Below are positions 56,092 through 64,000 of a DNA stretch of 64,000 bases, piece after piece. Origin of the DNA: an uncultured Desulfobacter sp. (GTDB taxonomy: Bacteria > Desulfobacterota > Desulfobacteria > Desulfobacterales > Desulfobacteraceae). The stretch is from assembly GCA_963665095.1 (NCBI GenBank), contig OY762069.1:4512001-4576000 (forward strand), given 5' to 3'. A model generated the notes under the pieces. The model saw nothing but the letters and a program-made list of their open reading frames with translations. It ran no database searches and had not been told where the DNA came from. The translations under genes were made by a program, and so were the position numbers. Each line of letters starts with the position of its first letter. Position 1 is the first letter of the stretch.

Positions 56092-57699
56092 TTATGATAC
56101 CGGGCGGTCCAACAGCGCCCGTATGGCCTTTGAAAATCTGTCCATGGAAAAAGGTTTTTGTAAAAATCCATGGCATCCCTCACTGACAAGGGCTTTCACC
56201 TCTTCATCCATAGTGAACCCTGTGAAAATCAGCACTTTTACTTCAGGATACTGTGCACGAATCCGTTTAAATGCTTCTTTACCGTCCATGACCGGCATGA
56301 TCAAATCCAGAATCACCAGTGGAATCCGGGGGGCCTTGAGTTCCAGCAAATCCAGGCACTCTTTGCCGTTTCTGGCCTGGATCACCTGATAACCCAGGGC
56401 CTCAAGGAACCTGGAACCCACCTCAATCACCTCTTCCTCATCATCCACAAGCAGAACGGTCTCCATCCCCTTTGGCATCAGATCAAATTCGTCACTTGCT
56501 TTCAAGGGGTACTCCGCATCCATGGGAAGCTCACAGGGAAGCGCCACCCTGAATACTGAGCCGACATTCTTTTCACTTTCCACCGTGATAAACCCGCCAT
56601 GATTTTTCACAATACCGAAAACCGTTGACAGCCCCAATCCACGGCCACGCCTGTCTCCAGGATCTTTGGTGGAAAAAAAGGGATCAAACACTTTTTTCTG
56701 GATGACCTCATCCATGCCGATGCCCGTATCCTTGACCAGAATCTCAACATAGGGGCCGGGTATGACTTGAAAATGAAAGCCATGGGTGTCCAGGATTTCC
56801 ATATTCCGGGTTTCAAGGGTCAGGGTACCGCCGTCCACCATGGCCTGGGCCCCGTTGACCATCAGATTGAGCAGCACCTGCTCCAGCTGGGAATGATCAC
56901 CGACGACCTTGTGAAGATCGGATGCCAGTTTTTTCTGAATAACCAGGTTTTTCCGCTCCGGCTGAAAAATATTCAGAGCCATGTTCACCACCTGGTTAAT
57001 ATCCAGTGTGTCCACCTGATACTTGCCGCCCCTGGCAAACCCCAGCAGACGGCCGGTGAGTTCGGCGGCTGTTTCCACCAGCCGGGCCATCTGCTGGATA
57101 TGGTGACCGATTTTTTCCGGCCGGTTCAAATTGATCCGCATCAGGGAGAGATGCCCCTGAAGTCCCATAAGCAGATTGTTAAAATCGTGAGAAACGCCAC
57201 CTGCCAGCACACTGACGGCCTCCATTTTCTGAATCTGATTTTCCCTTATCTGCGCAGATTTGATTTCTGTAATATCAGATACCGTCACCAGAAGGCCCTG
57301 GGAATAATCTGCGGGATCCAGCCAGCAGGCCCGGACACGGCAGTCAAACGCGGTGCCGTCAATCCTGAGCAGGCGGGTTTCAGTAATGGCTGTCCCGGCC
57401 TTTTGAATGCCGTCTGTAAAAACCTGGTCCACGCGTTTTGCCTCTTTTTCCGTAGGATACAGGGTCTGTACAGGCTTTCCTTCCAGGTGGCCGTACTCAT
57501 GTCCTGTCATGGCATAGCAGGCGGGGTTGGCCCAGTCTATAATACGGTTCTGGGAAATAATACAGATGCCCACAGGGGAGTATATCAGTACATTTTTTAT
57601 ATTTTCCCGTGAAAAAAAAGCCGTTCCGGGAATTGGGGATTCAGCTTGATCATGCCTGTGACCGGATACCCCTTTTGTACTGTAATACTGTTGCGACAT
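56092..57699 (-). CDS. PAS-domain hybrid sensor histidine kinase/response regulator
   Basis: PAS (ANPA), H-box GVSHDFNNLL, QVLLNLMVN, DTGIGM, FDPFFSTK, GLGL, and receiver LLVDDE...LDLIMP.MDG...KPF. Confidence 0.92.
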   Translation of the reverse strand: MSQQYYSTKGVSGHRHDQAESPIPGTAFFSRENIKNVLIYSPVGICIISQNRIIDWANPACYAMTGHEYGHLEGKPVQTLYPTEKEAKRVDQVFTDGIQKAGTAITETRLLRIDGTAFDCRVRACWLDPADYSQGLLVTVSDITEIKSAQIRENQIQKMEAVSVLAGGVSHDFNNLLMGLQGHLSLMRINLNRPEKIGHHIQQMARLVETAAELTGRLLGFARGGKYQVDTLDINQVVNMALNIFQPERKNLVIQKKLASDLHKVVGDHSQLEQVLLNLMVNGAQAMVDGGTLTLETRNMEILDTHGFHFQVIPGPYVEILVKDTGIGMDEVIQKKVFDPFFSTKDPGDRRGRGLGLSTVFGIVKNHGGFITVESEKNVGSVFRVALPCELPMDAEYPLKASDEFDLMPKGMETVLLVDDEEEVIEVGSRFLEALGYQVIQARNGKECLDLLELKAPRIPLVILDLIMPVMDGKEAFKRIRAQYPEVKVLIFTGFTMDEEVKALVSEGCHGFLQKPFSMDRFSKAIRALLDRPVS

Positions 57700-57777
57700 A
57701 AAAACTGTCCCCGTGCGCTTTGTCGAAAATTGACGAATACATTAATTATCTGATAAGTATACCAGAATTTTTTTTTA

Positions 57778-59352
57778 ATGGCCCGTAAAAATTTACCAAT
57801 GAAATTTAAATTTTCCTTTTCATACTTTTGTTTTCCGGCACTGGTAAGCGGCTTTCTGCTTTCCCTGGCCTTCCCTGATTCAGGTCTGTATCCACTGGCC
57901 TTTATGGCCCTGGTTCCCTTGTGGATCAGCCTTGACAATCTGACTATAAAGCAGTCCTTTTATGCCGGACTTGCTGCGGGACTGGCCTTTTATCTTCCCC
58001 TGATCTACTGGATCAGTCCAGCGATTGTCTTATATGGTGGCCTCAATCTGGCCGCCGGGTTATCCTGCCTTGCGATTTTGTGCATATATCTGGCTATTTA
58101 TACAGGAATTTTTGCTCTGGTGATGAAATGGATACCTGGGCCTTCATGGCTGAATCCCTTCTGGGGCGCAGTTGTCTGGGTGAGCCTGGCATATATCAGA
58201 ACCTATGCGTTCACCGGTTTTCCATGGGGTGTCCTTGGGTACAGCCAGTACCCCAACCTTGCGTTTATCCAGGCCGCCGACATTTTCGGGGTTCTGGGAA
58301 TCTCTTTCGTGCTGGTGCTGACAAACGGAGGCCTGACCCTTGCCTGGAAAACCTTTTTCCGGCAAAAACGGCTGGAAAAAAAACGTTTACTATCTCTGGG
58401 CCTGATTGCCCTGATTGTCAGCTCGGTCTTTCTTTACGGCCATTTCAGACTGAGAGAGGTGAGACAATGGATGGCAGATGCGCCACATCTTAAGCTCTCT
58501 GTTGCCCAGGCCAATATCCGGCAGGACCAGAAGTGGGATTCAGGATTTATCACTGCCACCATTGACCGGTATGCGGAGTTATCCCAACAGGGGCTCCCCT
58601 GCGACCTGGTGGTATGGCCGGAAACGGCCCTGCCCTTTTTTTACGGCAAGGAACCTGTTTTTTCCAGCCGGGTGGATGCGGCGGTGCGCAATACCAGAAC
58701 CTATTTTCTTATCGGTATTCCTGCGGCTGAGCCTTCAGGCAAGGGGTATCTCTATTATAACCGGGCCTGTATGCTCAACCCCCTGGCCCTGGTCTCTGCC
58801 CACTATGACAAACACCATCTGGTGCCCTTCGGGGAATATGTTCCGCTGAAGGACCTTTTGTGGTTCATGGAAAAAATAGCTGCCGGTGCCGGTAACTTTT
58901 CAAAGGGAAAAACCGGCATGACGCCCCTGGACTTTGCCAAAGGTAAAACAGGGGTGCTGATCTGCTTTGAAATTCTTTTTCCGGACATTGCAAGGCAGTT
59001 TGTACTCAACGGGGCTGATATTCTGACCACCATGACCAATGATGCCTGGTACGGACGGACATCTGCTGCCCAACAACACTTCTCCATTGCCGTATTCAGG
59101 GCCGTGGAAAACCGGCGCAGCCTTGCCAGGTCGGCCAACACCGGAATCTCAGCCTTTATTGACCCAACCGGAAAGATCCTGGGGCGTACAGAAATTTTTA
59201 CCACCTGTTCCCTGACCCGGGATGTGCCTGTACTGGCCGAAACTTCCTTTTTTACCCGCCATGGCGACCTTGGAGCCCAAGTCTGTACAGTTGCATTTCT
59301 TTTGATTCTTGTGGTAAAACCCATAAAAAAAAGATTTAGGAGAACCCTATAA
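57778..59352 (+). CDS. lnt: Apolipoprotein N-acyltransferase
   Basis: Multiple TMs; GFPW..LGYSQ, VWPETA, YDKHHLVPFGEY, ICFEI, TNDAWYG and RAVEN.R...RSANTGIS motifs. Confidence 0.95.
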   Translation: MARKNLPMKFKFSFSYFCFPALVSGFLLSLAFPDSGLYPLAFMALVPLWISLDNLTIKQSFYAGLAAGLAFYLPLIYWISPAIVLYGGLNLAAGLSCLAILCIYLAIYTGIFALVMKWIPGPSWLNPFWGAVVWVSLAYIRTYAFTGFPWGVLGYSQYPNLAFIQAADIFGVLGISFVLVLTNGGLTLAWKTFFRQKRLEKKRLLSLGLIALIVSSVFLYGHFRLREVRQWMADAPHLKLSVAQANIRQDQKWDSGFITATIDRYAELSQQGLPCDLVVWPETALPFFYGKEPVFSSRVDAAVRNTRTYFLIGIPAAEPSGKGYLYYNRACMLNPLALVSAHYDKHHLVPFGEYVPLKDLLWFMEKIAAGAGNFSKGKTGMTPLDFAKGKTGVLICFEILFPDIARQFVLNGADILTTMTNDAWYGRTSAAQQHFSIAVFRAVENRRSLARSANTGISAFIDPTGKILGRTEIFTTCSLTRDVPVLAETSFFTRHGDLGAQVCTVAFLLILVVKPIKKRFRRTL

Positions 59353-60447
59353 TGAGTGTAGAATTCAGACAGATCATCTCTTCCATCACTGCTAAAGCCA
59401 ACCGGCTTAAGGAGTATCTTTGACCTCCCTGTAAAGGAAAAACGGCTGCGGGAGCTGGAACTGCTCATTGCCAGACAGGATTTCTGGGATGATGCGGACA
59501 AGGCCACGGAACTGTTAAAAGAACGCACCACCATCTCCAGTCTCATTGACACCTGTAATGCCATATTCTCAGAAATTGAGGATGTGGAGGTGCTGTTGGA
59601 GCTGGCCAGGGAAGAAGAAGACAAGGAGAGCGAGCAGGAAGCCTGCGACATGCTGACCGAACTGGAGAAAAAAGTAAAATCCTTTTCTCTGGAAGTGACC
59701 CTGGACGGAGAAGATGATGCCAGAGATGCGATTATGTCCATCAATGCCGGAGCCGGGGGCACGGATTCCCAGGACTGGGCCGAGATGCTGTTCAGGATGT
59801 ATACCCGGTGGATTGAAAAAAAAGGGTATAAATGCCAGATCGTTGATTATCAGGTCGGTGACGAGGCCGGGATCAAAGGGGCGACCCTGCATGTATCCGG
59901 CCAGAACTGTTACGGATTCATGAAATCGGAATCAGGCGTACACCGGCTGGTCAGAATCTCCCCGTTTAACGCCGGCGGCAAGCGTCAGACCTCTTTTGCC
60001 GCCGTGTTTGTCTATCCTGAAATTAAAGATGAGATCAATATCGACGTGGATGAGGGAGACCTGCGCATTGATGTCTACCGGGCCAGCGGTGCCGGCGGCC
60101 AGCATGTCAACAAGACCAGTTCTGCTGTGCGCATCACCCACAACCCCACAGGCGTCGTGGTCCAGTGCCAGCAGGAATCCTCCCAGCACCGGAACCGGGA
60201 AATTGCCATGAAGCTGCTGAAATCCCGGCTCTACCAGCTGGAAAAGCAGAAACAGGACCAGAAATGGCAGAACCTGCACGACGGCAAGGATGACAATGCC
60301 TGGGGCAGCCAGATCCGATCCTATGTGCTGCATCCCTACCGGATGGTGAAAGACCACCGCATTGACCTGGAGATCGGGGATGTGGACCGGGTGCTTAACG
60401 GGGATATTGATCCGTTTATTGAAGGGGTTCTTTTGTCCAACTCTTAA
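59352..60447 (+). CDS. prfB: Peptide chain release factor 2, expressed by a programmed +1 frameshift (59352-59420 joined to 59422-60447)
   Basis: A 23-codon ORF ends AGGAG-TAT-CTT-TGA-C; the +1 frame continues with SPF and GGQ motifs; predicted 364 aa. Confidence 0.96.
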
Positions 60448-60469
60448 ATAAAAAAAATTCGGAGAATTT

Positions 60470-61024
60470 ATGGCGTTGGATCCAGTGGAAATCATCCGGC
60501 AGTTTTATGATCCGGATTCTGAGCTGTTTGCCATCCTGGTAGACCACAGCAGACAGGTGGCTGATAAAAGTCTTGAGATTGCACAAGGCGTTGCCCATCT
60601 GAATCCGGACATGGCATTTATTGAAAAAGCAGCCATGCTCCACGACATCGGCATATTTAAGACAAGCTCCCCTGCCATCGGCTGTATCGGCAGCTATCCT
60701 TACGTCTGCCACGGCTACCTGGGCCGGGAACTTCTGGACGGCTTAGGCCTGCCGGAAAGCGTTGGCCTTGTGGCCGAACGGCACACCGGTGCCGGGATTA
60801 CCCTTGAAAATATCATTGAAGCAAACCTGCCCCTGCCCCACAGAGAGATGGTGCCGGTCACCCTGGAAGAAAAAATCATCTGCTGCGCGGACAAATTTTT
60901 TTCTAAAAATCCAAAGAAAAAAGACAAGGTCATGACCCCGAAAAAAATCATCAAATCCCTTGGCAAACTCAATCCAGGTCATGCAAAGCGCTTTGCCTTG
61001 TGGGCCGAAACGTTCAGACTTTAA
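60470..61024 (+). CDS. HD/HDIG-domain phosphohydrolase
   Basis: H...V, AMLHDIG, HGYLG, ERHTGAG and ICCADKF motifs. Confidence 0.88.
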   Translation: MALDPVEIIRQFYDPDSELFAILVDHSRQVADKSLEIAQGVAHLNPDMAFIEKAAMLHDIGIFKTSSPAIGCIGSYPYVCHGYLGRELLDGLGLPESVGLVAERHTGAGITLENIIEANLPLPHREMVPVTLEEKIICCADKFFSKNPKKKDKVMTPKKIIKSLGKLNPGHAKRFALWAETFRL

Positions 61025-61073
61025 CAGGCATTGATCCGGATTCAATTGTTCTCATGCTTAACATGGTGGTGTA

Positions 61074-61994
61074 ATGATTGATATTGCGCATCAAAACAGA
61101 ATCGACCGGGTGGTGGATCATATCCAGGCCAACCTGGAATCCGGATTGACCGTTAAGGGGCTGTCTGAGATTGCCTGCCTTTCCGAATTTCATTTCAGCC
61201 GTATCTTTAAAGTCCGGATGGGGGAAACCGTATACCGGTTTATCCGCAGGCTGAGACTGGAAAAAGCCGCTGAGATGCTGATTTCAAGGCCTGGCTTGAC
61301 AATAACTGACGTGGCTATGGTATGCGGATTTGCCACCCCGTCCGCCTTTGCCAAAAGCTTTAAGGATCATTTCGGGGTTACTGCCTCCCAATGGCGGCAC
61401 CAGTACCGGGAAGATATAAAAAGGAGCAGTGCACAGCACTCTTCTGATCTTGTGCGGCTCTTTTTTTCCGGCAATCTTCCGGTGTGGACCTTTGAATGTG
61501 CCGGGGAAAAACGAAAAATTACCCTGGAACATATGCCGCGCCTGAAGGTGGGATATGTCAGGTATGTGGGACCTTTTCAGGAGAACGATCTCCTGTTTGA
61601 CAATCTGTATCACCGTCTGTTCCAATGGGCCATTCCCAGAGGTTTTTTAACCGGAGATCCGGTCCGGTTCAACATCTTTCACGACAATCCGGACATTACA
61701 CACGGCAAACAACTGCGGGTTATGGCGGCCATACCTGTTCCGGTATCTGTCGGGGATACGGACATGGTTGGGCTTTTCACCCTGTCCGGAGGGCCTTATG
61801 CTGTCTGCCGCAGGCAGCTTCAAAAAGGAGAGTTTATTGGGGCGTGGCAATGGATGTACACGGCCTGGCTTGCTGACAGCGGCTATGTTCAGGACAGTGC
61901 CCGGGAGATGCTGGAAAGGTACTTTGGAGAAAAAATCGTAAACGGACAGCGGGTGTATGATGTTGATATCTGCATTCCTGTCCGGGCAAAATAG
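61074..61994 (+). CDS. AraC-family transcriptional regulator with C-terminal GyrI-like effector domain
   Basis: LS.IACLSEFHFSRIF, RLEKAA, CGF.TPSAF.K.FK..FG; then YVRYVGP, HDNPDIT, GG.YAV and DICIPV. Confidence 0.9.
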   Translation: MIDIAHQNRIDRVVDHIQANLESGLTVKGLSEIACLSEFHFSRIFKVRMGETVYRFIRRLRLEKAAEMLISRPGLTITDVAMVCGFATPSAFAKSFKDHFGVTASQWRHQYREDIKRSSAQHSSDLVRLFFSGNLPVWTFECAGEKRKITLEHMPRLKVGYVRYVGPFQENDLLFDNLYHRLFQWAIPRGFLTGDPVRFNIFHDNPDITHGKQLRVMAAIPVPVSVGDTDMVGLFTLSGGPYAVCRRQLQKGEFIGAWQWMYTAWLADSGYVQDSAREMLERYFGEKIVNGQRVYDVDICIPVRAK

Positions 61995-62123
61995 CAGGAA
62001 TGGACAATCCTTTGGCAGGATTTGAAAAGACACGGAGTAATAATTTCCTTACTATCAGGCTCCATGGCCGGCCTATCCGTTCAGACCGGGCTGGAAAATT
62101 TTCAACAGAAAGGGGAAATACTC

Positions 62124-62933
62124 ATGCGCCAGGGATTGAAAAATATCATGATGCCGTTAATCTGCTACCTGTCCTACGGGAAGTGGCGGTTCCGGACCGC
62201 ATATGACACCATATACCAGGGCCAGAAAAAAAGCAGTGTGCTCCAGAACATTTTCGCTCAGGTTTTTGGGGATGAGTCTCCCCAGGATGCAGCCCCTTTC
62301 AGCTTTGTCACCCTAAGTGACCTGCACCGCATGGCAGGACTTTTACAACTGTCCCCCGGTGACTGGTTTGCTGATATCGCATGCGGCCGCGGCGGACCCG
62401 GTATGTGGATTGCCCGTAAAACCGGGGCTGGCGTTAAAGGGGTGGACATATCTGCTGAGGCTGTGGCAGCTGCAACCGCAAGGATATCTGAATTCGGCCT
62501 GGGGACCGGGGCTGTGTTCAATTTGGGCAGCTTCTACCGGACAGGGCTTGCATCTACAAGCTGCGACGGCGCCGTGTCTGTGGATGCCCTGTGGGTGGCT
62601 CCGGACAGGCGCCGGGCACTTTTGGAAGTGGCCCGGATCCTTAAACCCGGGGCAAGATTCGTTTTCACCACCTGGGACGGAAATATTCCCTTTATGCCGG
62701 CAGATCACAGAAAAAATCTTGAAAAAGCAGGGTTTGGCATTGAGGTGTATGAACAGACCCCGGGCTGGAAAGAGCGGCAACTGGCCGTCTATGCAAAAGT
62801 CCTTGAATCCAGGGAGTTGCTGATCCGGGAAATGGGAAAGGCCTGCGCCATGCCCATCATTAAAGAGGCCCGGTCAACCCCGCCGGTACTGGAAAAAAGC
62901 GCCCGGATACTGGTGTCGGCTAAAAAGCGGTAA
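62124..62933 (+). CDS. Class I SAM-dependent methyltransferase
   Basis: DIACGRGG, GVDIS and EVARILKPGARF motifs; AAGGGG RBS before the ATG at 62124. Confidence 0.88.
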   Translation: MRQGLKNIMMPLICYLSYGKWRFRTAYDTIYQGQKKSSVLQNIFAQVFGDESPQDAAPFSFVTLSDLHRMAGLLQLSPGDWFADIACGRGGPGMWIARKTGAGVKGVDISAEAVAAATARISEFGLGTGAVFNLGSFYRTGLASTSCDGAVSVDALWVAPDRRRALLEVARILKPGARFVFTTWDGNIPFMPADHRKNLEKAGFGIEVYEQTPGWKERQLAVYAKVLESRELLIREMGKACAMPIIKEARSTPPVLEKSARILVSAKKR

Positions 62934-62975
62934 GACTGGGGATCAGATGAGCATGCTGTCTGACGGCGTTCGTTT

Positions 62976-64000
62976 TTAATACCCGGCTTTCCGGCCAAAT
63001 GGAATATCCAGCTTTTTCATGCGCTTGCGTAAAGTGGACGGGTGGATATCCAGCAGGGTTGCCGCCCCTTTTTCTCCTTCGATGCGGCCCTTGCACAGGG
63101 ACAACGCCTTTCGGATATGGCCTGACACCATGGTATCAAGGGGCAGGATTTCCTGTCTCTCTTCATGGGGTCTGGGATCCGGAAACATGGGTCGCATAGT
63201 GATTTCTTTAAAAAGCAGAACCCCGTCCCGGTCCAGGATCATGGATCGCTCCACGGCATTTTCAAGCTCTCTGACATTGCCTGGCCACTGATACCTCATT
63301 AACCGGTCCATAACATGATCGGGCACAGCCGGAATGCCGGGCAGCTTCATCTCCCTTGTCTTTTTTATGATAAAATGGGCCACCAGATCCGGAATATCAC
63401 CGGTTCGCTCCCTTAACGGTGGAATGGGAATGGGAAAGACCCGCAACCGGAAAAAAAGATCCGGCCGGAACCGGTTCTCTTCCATCATTTTTTCAAGGTC
63501 CCGGTGGGTGGCGGCAATGATACGAATGTTCACCTTGATGGTTTCCGTACCCCCCACCCGGTCCACCTCCTTTTCCTGGAGTACCCGTAAAAGCCGGACC
63601 TGGGCTTCCATGCTCAACTCACCGATTTCATCCAGAAACAGGGTGCCCCCCCTGGCCCGTTCAATGCGTCCGCGCTTTCTGGCCACAGCCCCGGTAAATG
63701 CCCCCTTTTCATAACCGAAAAGCTCCGAATCAAGCAAAGACGCCGGAATAGCCCCGCAGTTGACCCGGATAAAAGGCCCCTGATTTCGAAGGGAGAGGTT
63801 GTGAATGGCATTGGCCACCACCTCCTTGCCGGTGCCGGTCTCCCCTAGCAGCAACACCGGGCTTTCCAGAGGCGATACCTGGCGAACCATCTCCATGACC
63901 GGACGCAATCCCTTTTCTGCCCCCACAACGGTTTCACCGGCCATACGGTTGAGTTCCTGCTGGAAATACCGGGAATCATCAGCCAGCATCTCTTTTAAAT
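62976..64000 (-). CDS. Sigma-54-dependent transcriptional activator (NifA/FhlA-like); 5' end lies beyond the window
   Basis: GETGTGKE, SELFGYEKGAFTGA, LFLDEIGE, WPGNVREL and C-terminal HTH. Confidence 0.93.
   Translation of the reverse strand, partial: LKEMLADDSRYFQQELNRMAGETVVGAEKGLRPVMEMVRQVSPLESPVLLLGETGTGKEVVANAIHNLSLRNQGPFIRVNCGAIPASLLDSELFGYEKGAFTGAVARKRGRIERARGGTLFLDEIGELSMEAQVRLLRVLQEKEVDRVGGTETIKVNIRIIAATHRDLEKMMEENRFRPDLFFRLRVFPIPIPPLRERTGDIPDLVAHFIIKKTREMKLPGIPAVPDHVMDRLMRYQWPGNVRELENAVERSMILDRDGVLLFKEITMRPMFPDPRPHEERQEILPLDTMVSGHIRKALSLCKGRIEGEKGAATLLDIHPSTLRKRMKKLDIPFGRKAGY

Noticed and set aside
59352..59423. prfB as a pseudogene or sequencing frameshift
   Set aside because: It carries the canonical SD + CTT TGA C programmed frameshift signal.
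58803..59762. 319-aa minus-strand ORF spanning lnt and prfB
   Set aside because: It is antisense to two conserved genes, and its Ser-rich composition mirrors Glu/Leu codons on the sense strand.

Overview
Chromosomal window from a sulfate-reducing deltaproteobacterium; the 16S sequence and gene content suggest Desulfobacteraceae (Desulfobacter-like). (i) 1-2.8 kb: the start of an rrn operon on the minus strand (promoter, 16S, a tRNA-less spacer holding a palindromic repeat element, 5' part of 23S). (ii) 3.1-35.8 kb: a ~33 kb minus-strand corrinoid/tetrapyrrole-scavenging island under two cobalamin riboswitches. It holds three paralogous modules of TonB-dependent receptor + DUF2162 + MotA/ExbB-like + DUF2149 + exported, C-terminally anchored CobN-like protein (HmuS/BtuS-type architecture). 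It also encodes a BtuF-CbiZ fusion, an exported nitrilase-family amidase, a membrane polyferredoxin, a double-cubane-type reductase with its ASKHA activator, and CbiK. (iii) 36.3-42.4 kb: a divergent TtpC-type TonB energising operon and a shikimate-kinase-like gene. (iv) 42.4-48.2 kb: a FeeM-like acyltransferase, and a two-gene operon encoding an SPFH membrane protein plus an unusual 1105-aa protein with two classic-clade AAA domains fused to a Lon-type Ser-Lys protease domain. This operon is the best candidate for an undescribed system. (v) 48.2-64 kb: mostly housekeeping genes (DUF945, recD2, gmhB, rlpA, lon, hsp20, hybrid kinase, lnt, frameshifted prfB, HD protein, AraC, methyltransferase, truncated sigma-54 activator). 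All calls rest on motif recognition by eye; no database searches were run.
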